From a virus (lineage: Duplodnaviria; Caudoviricetes), in IMG/VR virus record IMGVR_UViG_3300015245_000043, positions 1-52,167 of that record: a DNA stretch of 52,167 nt. One strand, given 5' to 3'. The notes under the pieces are model-generated. The model did no database searches. It had not been told where the DNA came from and saw nothing but the letters and a program-made list of their open reading frames with translations. How positions within the stretch are numbered: position 1 is the first letter of the stretch; each line of letters begins with the position of its first letter. Position numbers and translations under genes: made by a program. This document shows, one piece after another, positions 8,324 to 17,500 of this stretch.

Positions 8324-9698
8324 CGGTCGTCTCCTCGAAATCAGGGAATAGCTGAGCCAGGATGGCAGTCTTGCGCGCGACGACGCGCATGATGATCTCG
8401 TCGAGCGAGCCGGCGAGCGTCATGAACCGCGCCAGCACGGCGCGGGTCTGACCGAGACGCGCGCAGCGGCGTGCCGCCTGCACGTTGACGGTCGGTGTCC
8501 AAGAGGCTTCCGCGAACACGACATGCGCGGCGGCGGTGAGGGTGATGGCGCGATGTCCGATGTCGAGTTGAATGAGCAGCACGCGACAAGCGACGGCGCG
8601 CTGAAAGTTATCGATCGCCGCCTGGCGCAGCGTCGGCGGGATGTCGCCGTGTATCAGCGCACAGCCGAAGCCTTGCAGCATCGAGTGCAGCACGGTCGCG
8701 ACCTGGCGGTGATGGAAAAACACGACGACCTTGTCGAGACCGCCGAAGGCAAGCTCCTCCGTCAGCCATTCCGCGACCAGCCCGGCCTTGGCTTCGCCGT
8801 AGAGCCGGCGGATCGTCGCCAGCGGTAGCTCGCTGTCCTCATTCAAGAGGATGTTGGCGAGAACGCCGTTGCGATCGTCCTCGCTCTCCTTGATCTCCAT
8901 CGCCGCGACCAGCAGCTTGCGAACGATCTCGATCTCAGGATGGTCGGCTTCGATCCGCGCCAGCACGTCGCCGGGATCGAGGGTGACGGTCGAGAAGCGC
9001 AGCGGCGGAAGCTCCGGCAAGACTTCGGCCAAGGTCCGGCGCAGCGCGAACGGTCGTAGCTGTTCGCGCAAGCTGTTCATGTTGCGGGCGCCGATGATCT
9101 TCGGCGGCAGCGGTGCCGGCCGGTCCTCGACGACGCAGTAGCGATTGATGAAAGAGATGTACGACATGATGGCGCCGTCGGCGAGCCGCAGCGGATCGGG
9201 GAACATCGCGACCAGGAGCGCGTAGAGTTCGCCGGGATGGTTCGGGCAAGGCGTGCCGCTGAGCGCCCATACCCGCTGCGCCTGGCGCGCCATGCCCCTC
9301 GACGACAAGATGTTCTGCGTCCGCTTGGCGCCGTGATTTTTGATCGCCTGTACCTCGTCGAGGATCATCAGGTCGAAGCGCGCGTCGCGCATCTGGTAGA
9401 TGAACCGGCCCGGCACCGAGAACAGGTCGTAGTTCACGACCATGAACCTGGCCGGCGAGATGGCGTCGTTGCGGAGGATCGATGCCGTCGAGCCGGGCGA
9501 CCATTCGGCGATCTCGCGCGTCCAATTGATCAGCGCGATGTTCGGCGCCACGACCAGGACCGACGCCGCCTTGATCAAGTCGGCGGCCAGGATCGCCTCG
9601 CACGACTTGCCGACGCCCATCTCGTCGAATAGCGCGCCGTAGCGCCGCTCAGCGAGGAAGCGGGCGCCGACGTGTTGGTAGGGGAACGGTAGTCCCAT
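8304..9698 (-). CDS. SNF2-family helicase
   Basis: DEMGVGKS (motif I), ILDEVQ (II), LSGTP (III), QAARRCARLGQ (VI). Confidence 0.92.
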   Translation of the reverse strand: MGLPFPYQHVGARFLAERRYGALFDEMGVGKSCEAILAADLIKAASVLVVAPNIALINWTREIAEWSPGSTASILRNDAISPARFMVVNYDLFSVPGRFIYQMRDARFDLMILDEVQAIKNHGAKRTQNILSSRGMARQAQRVWALSGTPCPNHPGELYALLVAMFPDPLRLADGAIMSYISFINRYCVVEDRPAPLPPKIIGARNMNSLREQLRPFALRRTLAEVLPELPPLRFSTVTLDPGDVLARIEADHPEIEIVRKLLVAAMEIKESEDDRNGVLANILLNEDSELPLATIRRLYGEAKAGLVAEWLTEELAFGGLDKVVVFFHHRQVATVLHSMLQGFGCALIHGDIPPTLRQAAIDNFQRAVACRVLLIQLDIGHRAITLTAAAHVVFAEASWTPTVNVQAARRCARLGQTRAVLARFMTLAGSLDEIIMRVVARKTAILAQLFPDFEETTDAADTH

Positions 9699-9724
9699 AG
9701 TCCGACAGTACCCCGACACTCCGG

Positions 9725-10231
9725 TCAAAATAAAGGATGCTTCGGCGCCAGCGTCAGCAGCGCCCATCGGGCGAGCAGGAACGCGGCGGCCTTGTTGTGG
9801 CTGTTCTTGTGCGCCAGCGCCTTCGCCAGCATCGGATTGATTTCAAGAGCGCGCTGGCGCGCCCCTTCGGGACCGCCGCGCACTTTCATCTCGCGCGTCC
9901 AGGCCGACGGCGCGACCAGTTCGCAGGGCAGGCCGATGCCGGCGCAGCAGCCCTCGGCGATGCCGCGTGCGTGCATCAAAAGCCCGCCGGTCATCGGACT
10001 GCGTTGCTTCCCCTCCGGCCGCCCGACCGGCTGCACCGCCTCGATCACGACGATGTCGGGCGCCCATCGACGCAGGATGTTGGCGATGAGAGCCGGCTGC
10101 GGCACGGTGCGCTTCCCCTTCCCTCGCTTGACGACGACGGCGGTCTGCTCGTCGAAGTCGACTGCGCCGTCGGCGCCGATCCGGCAGAGCGTCGGCCGGA
10201 CGCCGGGATCGATGCCGACGACGATCAGCAT
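9725..10231 (-). CDS. RuvC-like Holliday junction resolvase
   Basis: VGIDPG N-terminus, VVIEAVQ, VAPSAW; the C-terminal acidic residues appear degenerate (HNKAAA). Confidence 0.8.
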   Translation of the reverse strand: MLIVVGIDPGVRPTLCRIGADGAVDFDEQTAVVVKRGKGKRTVPQPALIANILRRWAPDIVVIEAVQPVGRPEGKQRSPMTGGLLMHARGIAEGCCAGIGLPCELVAPSAWTREMKVRGGPEGARQRALEINPMLAKALAHKNSHNKAAAFLLARWALLTLAPKHPLF

Positions 10232-10467
10232 TATCCGTCGGCCGCCTTCTTGGCCCGCTGCACCTTCTTGACCAGGCGCCCGATGATCTGCTCCAAGAGA
10301 GCGCCCGGCTGCGGCGGCAGCGAGAAGTGTCCCGACATGCCGCTCGCCAGGATGGCGAAGTGCAGCCGCCGAACCTGCTTCCTGCTCTTGCCGCCGACCG
10401 GCTTCCGCAGCAGGTCGGTGACCATGATCGAGGTCCGGTCGTCGATCTTGTAGGTGTGCTGTGTCAC
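10231..10467 (-). CDS. Small basic hypothetical protein
   Basis: 78-aa ORF coupled to its neighbours. Confidence 0.6.
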   Translation of the reverse strand: MTQHTYKIDDRTSIMVTDLLRKPVGGKSRKQVRRLHFAILASGMSGHFSLPPQPGALLEQIIGRLVKKVQRAKKAADG

Positions 10468-10634
10468 GCTCTCGTCGCCTCGCAGTAGCAGCCGTAGATT
10501 TCAAACCAGACTATCCAGGCATCGCGGTCTCCGGCGCGCACCCGTCCTAGCAGGCGTGCGTCATCGGCGCGTTGTGCCATCACCGTCGCCGGGTCGAGCA
10601 GCCGACGGCGCAGGCAGGTCAATTCGCGGTCCAT
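10464..10634 (-). CDS. Hypothetical protein
   Basis: 56 aa with GAGGGG RBS; stop overlaps the next start. Confidence 0.5.
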   Translation of the reverse strand: MDRELTCLRRRLLDPATVMAQRADDARLLGRVRAGDRDAWIVWFEIYGCYCEATRA

Positions 10635-10823
10635 GCCCCTCACCTTCAAATGCGAGACAGCCAATCGGGACGTTGTACAACACCCGCCCCGTCCTCAACC
10701 GTAGGTCGCACGTCTCCGAAACGAAGGCGTGCGCCACGACAATACCAGCCGGCGCCCCGTCCGGTGTATTGGCCCAAAGTCCATCTATCACGACCGCCGT
10801 TTTTCCGAGATAATGCCGGCGGG

Positions 10824-11075
10824 TCAGCGATCCTGCATGATGTAGTCCCATACGTTCATCCCCGGTGCGCGATGGTGCAGGGTGATCAGGACTTCGGCCA
10901 ATCGTTCGGCCGGCAGCGTTCGGCGACGCTTCCATTGCCCGATCTGAGAGTAAGTCAGCGGGTAGAAGCCCAAGTCGCGGTGTGCCACGATCAACGGCTG
11001 GTCGCCGCCGGCCGCCGAGATCAGCCGGTGAACGTCCCACCTGGCCTTGGGCTTTACTGGCCCTGGCTTTCGCAT
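10824..11075 (-). CDS. Cro-like transcriptional regulator
   Basis: LISAAGG...TYSQIGQWKRRRTLP HTH-like pattern; GGGAGG RBS; divergent from an XRE gene. Confidence 0.7.
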   Translation of the reverse strand: MRKPGPVKPKARWDVHRLISAAGGDQPLIVAHRDLGFYPLTYSQIGQWKRRRTLPAERLAEVLITLHHRAPGMNVWDYIMQDR

Positions 11076-11113
11076 CGGTCCCTCCCAAAGCGAGACCATT
11101 GTCGGTCTGTTAA

Positions 11114-11222
11114 CCCTACGGTAAGCCGACCGTGATCAATATGTCAATAGGGTGAACAAGCCGTTTTCGGAGGTCGCCAGGCGGCCGATCGGCGTCGTTT
11201 TGTCGCCCTACGGTAAGCCGAC
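11114..11222. promoter_or_regulatory. Immunity-region operators: 17-bp direct repeat CCCTACGGTAAGCCGAC (11114-11130, 11206-11222) with leftward TTGACA promoter
   Basis: Exact repeat between divergent regulators; minus-strand TTGACA (11142-11147) is 18 bp from TACCGT, which lies inside the first copy. Confidence 0.75.
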
Positions 11223-11316
11223 AAAACCCCTTCCCCTAATTAGGAGGAAGGTCTATCCTGTAACAGGTTGTCACTCATCATGACAGCCCACGTTAGGCAA
11301 TTAAATCACGGAAGGA

Positions 11317-11853
11317 ATGCTCACGATGTCCAAGAAGAAATCTTCTCAGGAGCGCTCTGTGCGCTCCTCGGAAGAAGGCACGAAAGAGAGTAAGGCTTTT
11401 TTGCCGCCTATCCCTTTCATGCACACAACACCCGCCATCTTCTCGAAGCGTCTGACCGCTCTCCTCAATCGGAAGGGTTGGTCGCAGAGCGATTTGGCGG
11501 CAGCGATTTGGGGAAGAAAAGAGGACAGTCGAGGGTTCAAGGTTGCAAAGAAGCGCGACCTGATCTCTAGCTACTGCAAGGGCGAGATGCTTCCTAGCCG
11601 TCTCAATCTCGAAAAGATTGTCGACGCCTTGGGATGCACGATCGCCGATCTCCTTCCGCCGATCACTCAGCAAGAGCCGATGGTCGACGAAGGCGTCATC
11701 TCGCGGCAGACCAAGAAGGATGATCCTCGTAGCATCATCTGGAATGCGCGCCTCGTGCTGACCAAGGATGTCGCCGATTTCTTCGAGGAGCTTTACGTGC
11801 GCTTTGATGAGGCGCGTCAGAAAGGCGAAACCTTCAAACTTCCACGATGGTGA
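11317..11853 (+). CDS. XRE-family HTH regulator (CI-like)
   Basis: FSKRLTALLNRKGWSQSDLAAAI...ISSYCKGEMLP..NLEKIVDALGC; no peptidase S24 domain seen. Confidence 0.85.
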   Translation: MLTMSKKKSSQERSVRSSEEGTKESKAFLPPIPFMHTTPAIFSKRLTALLNRKGWSQSDLAAAIWGRKEDSRGFKVAKKRDLISSYCKGEMLPSRLNLEKIVDALGCTIADLLPPITQQEPMVDEGVISRQTKKDDPRSIIWNARLVLTKDVADFFEELYVRFDEARQKGETFKLPRW

Positions 11854-12278
11854 AAAACATGACGACGCTCGCACATCGCTTTCATAACTACCCTGACGAT
11901 CATCTGTTCACCCGCGCCGAAGCCGCTCGCATCTGCGGCGTCTCGACCGGGGTTCTCTGCAATCACTCCTATGCCGGTCTCCTGCCGTTCATCCCAGGAC
12001 GGCCGATCCACGTCCGCAAACGAGACCTAGAAGTTTACATGAGCATGCTCGCCAACGGTCACTCTAGAAGTCTGCACCGCAGCTTGCGGATCGAGCATGC
12101 CGATCGTCAGGCGTACTCACCTTTGCATGGCGTCGTCGACTTTCAGACGCGAGAGCCTAAGCAGGTCATCGCGACCGTGATCAAGGAGACCGGCTACCTC
12201 TGGAAAAAATACAAGGAGCAGCGGAAGGAGAAGGCCAAGAAGGGCAAGCGACCAGCCTCAGCAGGAGCAGTTAAATGA
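11847..12278 (+). CDS. Excisionase-like (HTH_17/MerR-type) DNA-binding protein
   Basis: LFTRAEAARICGVS....GLLP...GRPIHVRKRDLEVY. Confidence 0.75.
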   Translation: MVKNMTTLAHRFHNYPDDHLFTRAEAARICGVSTGVLCNHSYAGLLPFIPGRPIHVRKRDLEVYMSMLANGHSRSLHRSLRIEHADRQAYSPLHGVVDFQTREPKQVIATVIKETGYLWKKYKEQRKEKAKKGKRPASAGAVK

Positions 12279-12775
12279 CACAGGCAGACACCCCGAAGCC
12301 GCAAGGCATCGATCTCTACGCCCACCCCAACGGGCAGATCATCATCCGCGTTCCCAAGGGCGACGGCACGCAATGGAGTGTTCACGACCTTGGCACGACC
12401 AACCTGGAGACGGCGCGCAAGGGACTTCGCCGCTACCTCTCCAAGAACAAGATCACTGGTATCGACGCCGAGAAGGCGCTGGTGAACAGCCGCTACGGCC
12501 AGCTAGAGGACAACGGCGTCCCGGTCGCGCGGCAGATCAGGGAGAAGCGCATCGCCAGCGGCGAGTACAAGGCTCACAAGGGCAACGGCCGGGCGCTGGT
12601 GCCATACATCGAGGAGAACGCCGCCAAGGCCCGCGCGGCGCTCGCCCGGCAGCGCGAGCGGTCGAAGCGCATGGAGAGAGCCGGCCCGATGATCGCCGCC
12701 CTGGCGGCCTCTATGGAAGCCGCCGCGATCAACCTGCGCGAGCTACAGTCGATCATCACAGGAGACGACGAATGA
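12275..12775 (+). CDS. Hypothetical protein with N-terminus resembling an integrase arm-binding domain
   Basis: LGTTNLETARKGL resembles TGTKVLAEAQAF in the downstream integrase; ATGA-coupled on both sides. Confidence 0.65.
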   Translation: MTQADTPKPQGIDLYAHPNGQIIIRVPKGDGTQWSVHDLGTTNLETARKGLRRYLSKNKITGIDAEKALVNSRYGQLEDNGVPVARQIREKRIASGEYKAHKGNGRALVPYIEENAAKARAALARQRERSKRMERAGPMIAALAASMEAAAINLRELQSIITGDDE

Positions 12776-14061
12776 AACACCAGCGGGCAGGCCGCCCCTC
12801 AACCGGCCCGATCCTGCACAAGCGCGGCGAAGGAAACTACGTGCTGCGCGGGACCAAGAACGGTCAGGACTACCAGGTCAGCACTGGCACCAAGGTGCTG
12901 GCCGAAGCCCAAGCCTTCGAGGACCGTTTCAAAGCGGAGAAGCGTCACCTGGCGGCGCGCGGCGACAAGCTGACGCACGCCGCCGGCTACCTGCAATGGC
13001 GCGAGGAGATCGGCGTGAAGAAAGCCGACGCCCTCGCCAAGATCGACGGCGCCATGTGGCGTCTCGGCATCTACCAGCCGCCCGACGAGCCGGCGGCGCT
13101 GTTGCCGAAGGCCAGTCTAGGCCCGCGCCTGATCGCCGAGATGGCGCACGACGAGGAAGCGATGGACACCTACTGGAATAATCTCCAGGCCGAACCGTTC
13201 ACTTATATGCGCTTCCGCAAGCCGCGCAAGGCGGCGGCGGTGCAGTCGGACGCTAACATCCTGTACCTACAAAGCCTGGTGCTGACGTACTTGAACTTCC
13301 TCATCCGGCGCAAACGCATCGCCTCCGACCTGGTCCCGGTGATCAATTGCCGGAAGGCGTCGGAGCCGCGCGAGGAGGTCTATACCCATGACGAGATCGA
13401 CGCCATCGTCAGCGCGGCGGCGGCGATGTCGCCGCGACCGGACCTTGGTCCGCCCTGCCGGGAGCATCTGTTTGTCGTCATCGCCTACAAGACGATGGCG
13501 CGCAGCGACCGCATCCTCAATGCCCGATGGGACTTGGTCGATTGGGACAATATGAGCTTCGACTTCACCCGCGTCTACTCGCCGATGGGGCGCGAGCGCA
13601 AGCAGCCCGATCGCCGGCATCTGCGCGGGATCAAGCCGGCGCCGTTCGCCGAACTTGACGAGGAGCTATACGACCTGCTTCGATGGGCTTGGAAGTGGAA
13701 GGGCAGCGACACCGACTACGTCCTCGGCTCGAAGGCCAGCCTGTACAAGAAGCTCCAGGCTGTATTACGCGCCGCTGGTCTGGTCGACGAGGAGGGTGAG
13801 GTCAGAGGTTCCGGCCACACCTTCAAGCACACAGGTTTGACCCATCTGCTCGCCGGCAATCGGCGTCTCGGCATTCCGGCAGTCGATCCCCAAAAAGCAT
13901 CCGACATCTCGAATACCTCGGTCCCGACTATTCAGCGCGTCTACTACAAAGTCATCGGCGGTGATCATGCTGAGATCACCCGCAAGAGCCTATCAATCGG
14001 CCGCCAGCGGCAACCCGATAATGTTGCGTCACTGGCGGCCAAGAGGTCGCGTCGATCGTAG
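12772..14061 (+). CDS. int: Tyrosine recombinase / integrase (divergent)
   Basis: Likely start ATG 12772 after GGAG; catalytic R in TMARSD, HTFKHT in place of HxxRH, Tyr in RVYY. Confidence 0.8.
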   Translation: MKHQRAGRPSTGPILHKRGEGNYVLRGTKNGQDYQVSTGTKVLAEAQAFEDRFKAEKRHLAARGDKLTHAAGYLQWREEIGVKKADALAKIDGAMWRLGIYQPPDEPAALLPKASLGPRLIAEMAHDEEAMDTYWNNLQAEPFTYMRFRKPRKAAAVQSDANILYLQSLVLTYLNFLIRRKRIASDLVPVINCRKASEPREEVYTHDEIDAIVSAAAAMSPRPDLGPPCREHLFVVIAYKTMARSDRILNARWDLVDWDNMSFDFTRVYSPMGRERKQPDRRHLRGIKPAPFAELDEELYDLLRWAWKWKGSDTDYVLGSKASLYKKLQAVLRAAGLVDEEGEVRGSGHTFKHTGLTHLLAGNRRLGIPAVDPQKASDISNTSVPTIQRVYYKVIGGDHAEITRKSLSIGRQRQPDNVASLAAKRSRRS

Positions 14062-14066
14062 CTACC

Positions 14067-14152
14067 TCCCCTGAGTGATGCTCAGGGGATCATGTGATCG
14101 GCACGACGGGCGGGCGGTCGTTCTTTCGTGAGACGACCGCCCGTTCGCTTTT
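14067..14152 (+). terminator. Two hairpins downstream of the integrase, likely terminator
   Basis: TCCCCTGAG/CTCAGGGGA (14067-14089) and CGGGCGGTCGT/ACGACCGCCCG (14111-14143) followed by TTCGCTTTT. Confidence 0.6.
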
Positions 14153-14159
14153 GTAGCAA

Positions 14160-14541
14160 GTCGTCGGCGCCCTGGCATTGATATACGTCAGGCTGACTTT
14201 TGCAATCATTCCAAACAACCTGTCCGGCGACGACCTGTCGTTGCCGTTGACAGGCTGTTGTCGGGTCAGTGTAGGTGTACGAAAACTGTCCGAAACCCCC
14301 CGGACAAAGGCGGAACATCGGGGTGACTGCACGGTAATTGTCACCCGACACTTGGCAGTTTCCGGCCCGACACTTCTCGCGTTGTTCCTACACTTTAGCG
14401 CGTAAATGCTTGACAACGCACCGTCGGTTTAGTGTCGGGGTAAGACAGTGTCTCACTTCAAACCCGACACCGTCACGACACTGAATTCATTCAGAAAGCT
14501 CGTGTCGGTTGCACGGTAATTGTCCGGCAGAGCGCTGATTT
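14160..14541. other. Putative attP region
   Basis: Probably non-coding, lower-GC gap next to int; 15-bp direct repeat TGCACGGTAATTGTC (14328-14342, 14510-14524), several TGTCCG copies and three GTCGG-N6-GTMGG-type sites. Confidence 0.55.
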
Positions 14542-17500
14542 TCAACGAAAGCCAGCGCTCTCGCCGGTACTCTGCCGGAAACCACTTCCGCTGCTAGCGC
14601 TCTCGCGGAAGCCGGCCGCGCCGCCGCTCTTGCGAGTGTGCTTCTTCCCGGCAAACAGATCGACGATCGCATTTTTCACCATCGGCGCCGCCGACGAGAA
14701 CATGGTCGACGACGCGATGGCTTCGCCGACGACGCCCAGGCGCCCGGCCGGCAGCGCTGAGATGCCGCCCTCGATCAGCGGCAGGACAGTCGAGCCATAG
14801 ATCGCCCGCACCAGCTTGCGCTTCGACGTGTTGGTGTGCGACGTGTCGCGCAGGTACTCCATCGTCGCATCGGCAAGCTGGTAGGGGATGGCGGCGTAGG
14901 CGCCGATGCCAAGGTCGGCGAAGGAGCGGTCGTACTTCAAGCCGCCAACCAGGGTGTTGACGATCGGGTCGAGCAGCCCGAACAGATTGGAGCGCGTCGC
15001 CAGGAGCATCGCCTTGTCGGTATCCGGCCGCTGCTCCCATTGGTCGCCGTTAAGCAGCTTCTCGCGACCATAGCCGAACAGCATCGCCATGCCGGCGGCC
15101 ACGCTGTAGCCAGCCATCATCGAGATCACGCGCGACGGGTCGCCGGTCTTGGCGCCCTGCGCGATCTTGCGGAGGGTCGACTTCTGCACATTGCGCCAGT
15201 AGGCGTAATTGAAGCTCATCAGCGCGAAGATCGCCCGCTGCGAGGTCGTCGCCCGTTCCGCCTTGTCGTACTTCTTCGGGTTCTGGATCGTGTAGTCAAC
15301 CAGGCGCGCGACGGCCTGGCTGTACTGCCGGCCCATCTCGCCGGCCTTCGCCATCTGGTCGATCGTCACGTAGCCGTCGTGATCGGTAAGGAACTTGGCG
15401 AACTTCGGCAGGTTGGCCTCGTCGATGCCAAGCTCGCGTAGCTCCAGCTTCGCGGTCGCGTCGCCGGCAGCGGCGGCTCTGGTCATCTGGTCAAGCTGCG
15501 CCCGGCCGACGATCGTCATCGCCGTGCGCTGGCCGCGCGTCAGCTTCGCCAACAGATTGCGCTCGTAGAATTGCTCCGTGATCCGGCGCTGCCAACGCTT
15601 GAACGCCTGGTCGCCGAAACGGTTGTGCATGATCTGCTCCATCCCACCGCGCGAGATGATGCCGTTCATGCGCGCGAAGTCCTGCGCCTCCTTGTAAAAC
15701 GCGCCGCCTGATAGCTGAGCGAAGGTGTGACCGAATGCCTTGGCGCCGTCGAGCGCGCCCCGGAAACCGCCGCGCGTGACGGCGGCGGTGAACGGTTCCG
15801 AAAGCGACGAGATCGCGCTGAGCGGCAGGAGCGCCACCTGGCCTAGCAGGTTGATCGCCGACGCCAGGTGACTGCTCACCGTGTTGTCGGCGCTGTAGGT
15901 GCCGTGACCAAGGATTGCCTGCGTCAACCGCTGCACGGTCTGAAAGTCCTCGGTGCTGAGACCGTCGCGCGATGCCTGGCGTAGGCGCTCCTGCATCTTC
16001 TCGCCGTTCGGCCCGAAGCGACGCGCGCTCTCGATCCGACGCGCCGACGCGATGCCGTAGCGTTGCAGCAATTCGAGCGGGTCGTGCAGCAGGTACTTCC
16101 GCATTACCTCGTCGGCCTCTTTCGGGAAGCTGCGCGGCTTCTCGTGGCGCTGGCCGAAGCCCAGGCCCGGCCGCGAGAATTCGATGTCGTCGCCGAAGAT
16201 CGCTTGCTGAAACAGCGTCTCCGCTGCCGTCACGTGATCGTCGAAGCCCATCTTCTTGAACATCGAGCCGGCGGCTTTGATGAACCCCTCGCGGTCCTTG
16301 CCGACCGCATCGGTGTCGAGCATGCGCGGCAGGTAGCCTGGCACGTAGCCGATGCCGGCGCCGACCTTCTCGGCATCGAAGTGCCGCAGGTCGAGGAGAT
16401 GGCGAAGCTCCGACCATGCCTTCCTGATCTCCGGCGTGACCCTGCCCGACGGCCGGCGCCGCGCCAGGAGATCGCCTAGCACCGCGCGCTCCTCCGGCTT
16501 CGAGAACCGGCCGAAGGCGGCCTCGATGGCGTTCTCGACCTTGTTGGCAAAGGCGTTGCTCGACCGCTCGACGGCTTCGGCGAAGGTCTCCGGCTGATGA
16601 CGCCCGCTGCCGCGATCGGTCGCGATCATGTCGACGTGTTCGGCCAGCGCCTTGCTGTGCGCGTACTTGGCGCGGATCGCATGCAGCACCGATCCCATCG
16701 GCGTCAAGCCAAGGGCGCGGCCCTCGTCGCGCCCGCGCTTGGCGATGTACGTCGCGCCCGACGCCGTCTTGGTCAAGGCGTTGCCAATGGTGCGGCCCAA
16801 CCCGCCGATGTCACCCGCCAGCTTCCGCCATAGCGCGGGATCAAACATCGGGTTGCTGTAGAAGGTCGACAATCCCTTCGATCCGCTGGTGCGCTCCAGC
16901 ACGCCCTCGATTGCTTCGAGGGTATTCGGGATCACCATCTTGGTCTCAGCACCGCGCGCCGTCTGCAAGGTGCGCTCGACGAAGGTCGGCGCCTCGTAGC
17001 CTGGCGGCGCCGGATGTTCCTTCGCAAACTCAGCGCCCGCGCGCCGCCCGAAGTCGTAGGACGGCCCGGTGCTGCGCCGATCGACGCCATGCACGCCATC
17101 GCGAAAGCCAAGGGCGACGCTAGGCTCCATGTGACTGCCGCCCGGCACCGCCTGCGTGTAGCGCCCCTGCGCGCTCTTGGTCATGCTGTCAATCGCGTTC
17201 TCATAGTCGCTGATCTTCCGCTCGCGAGCGCTCTCGGCAGCACGCTCCTCCTCGGTCGGGAAGGGCGCCTCGGTCTTGCGCTTACTCTCGGCGGTGTACT
17301 CGGCGATCCGTCGCTCTTGCGCTGCCGCCGCCTCTGCGCGCGGCTCCTCTAGCGATGACGTGAATTCCTTCTGCAACCGCTGCGCCGTCGCCTTCTGCTC
17401 CTTCGACGGCTTGAACGGCTCCGCTCCGGTGCGCGGCTGCGACATGCGCGCCTCCGGCGCCGGGCGCGGCGCCTTGCGGTACTTCATCGCCTCCTTACCG

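Noticed and set aside
12373-12771. 562-aa integrase as listed in the ORF track
   Set aside because: The extension is Arg/Gly-rich shadow frame overlapping 12275-12775; RBS and ATGA coupling support 12772.
14062-14541. tRNA gene or fragment near the integrase
   Set aside because: No cloverleaf or T-loop plus CCA pattern recognised.
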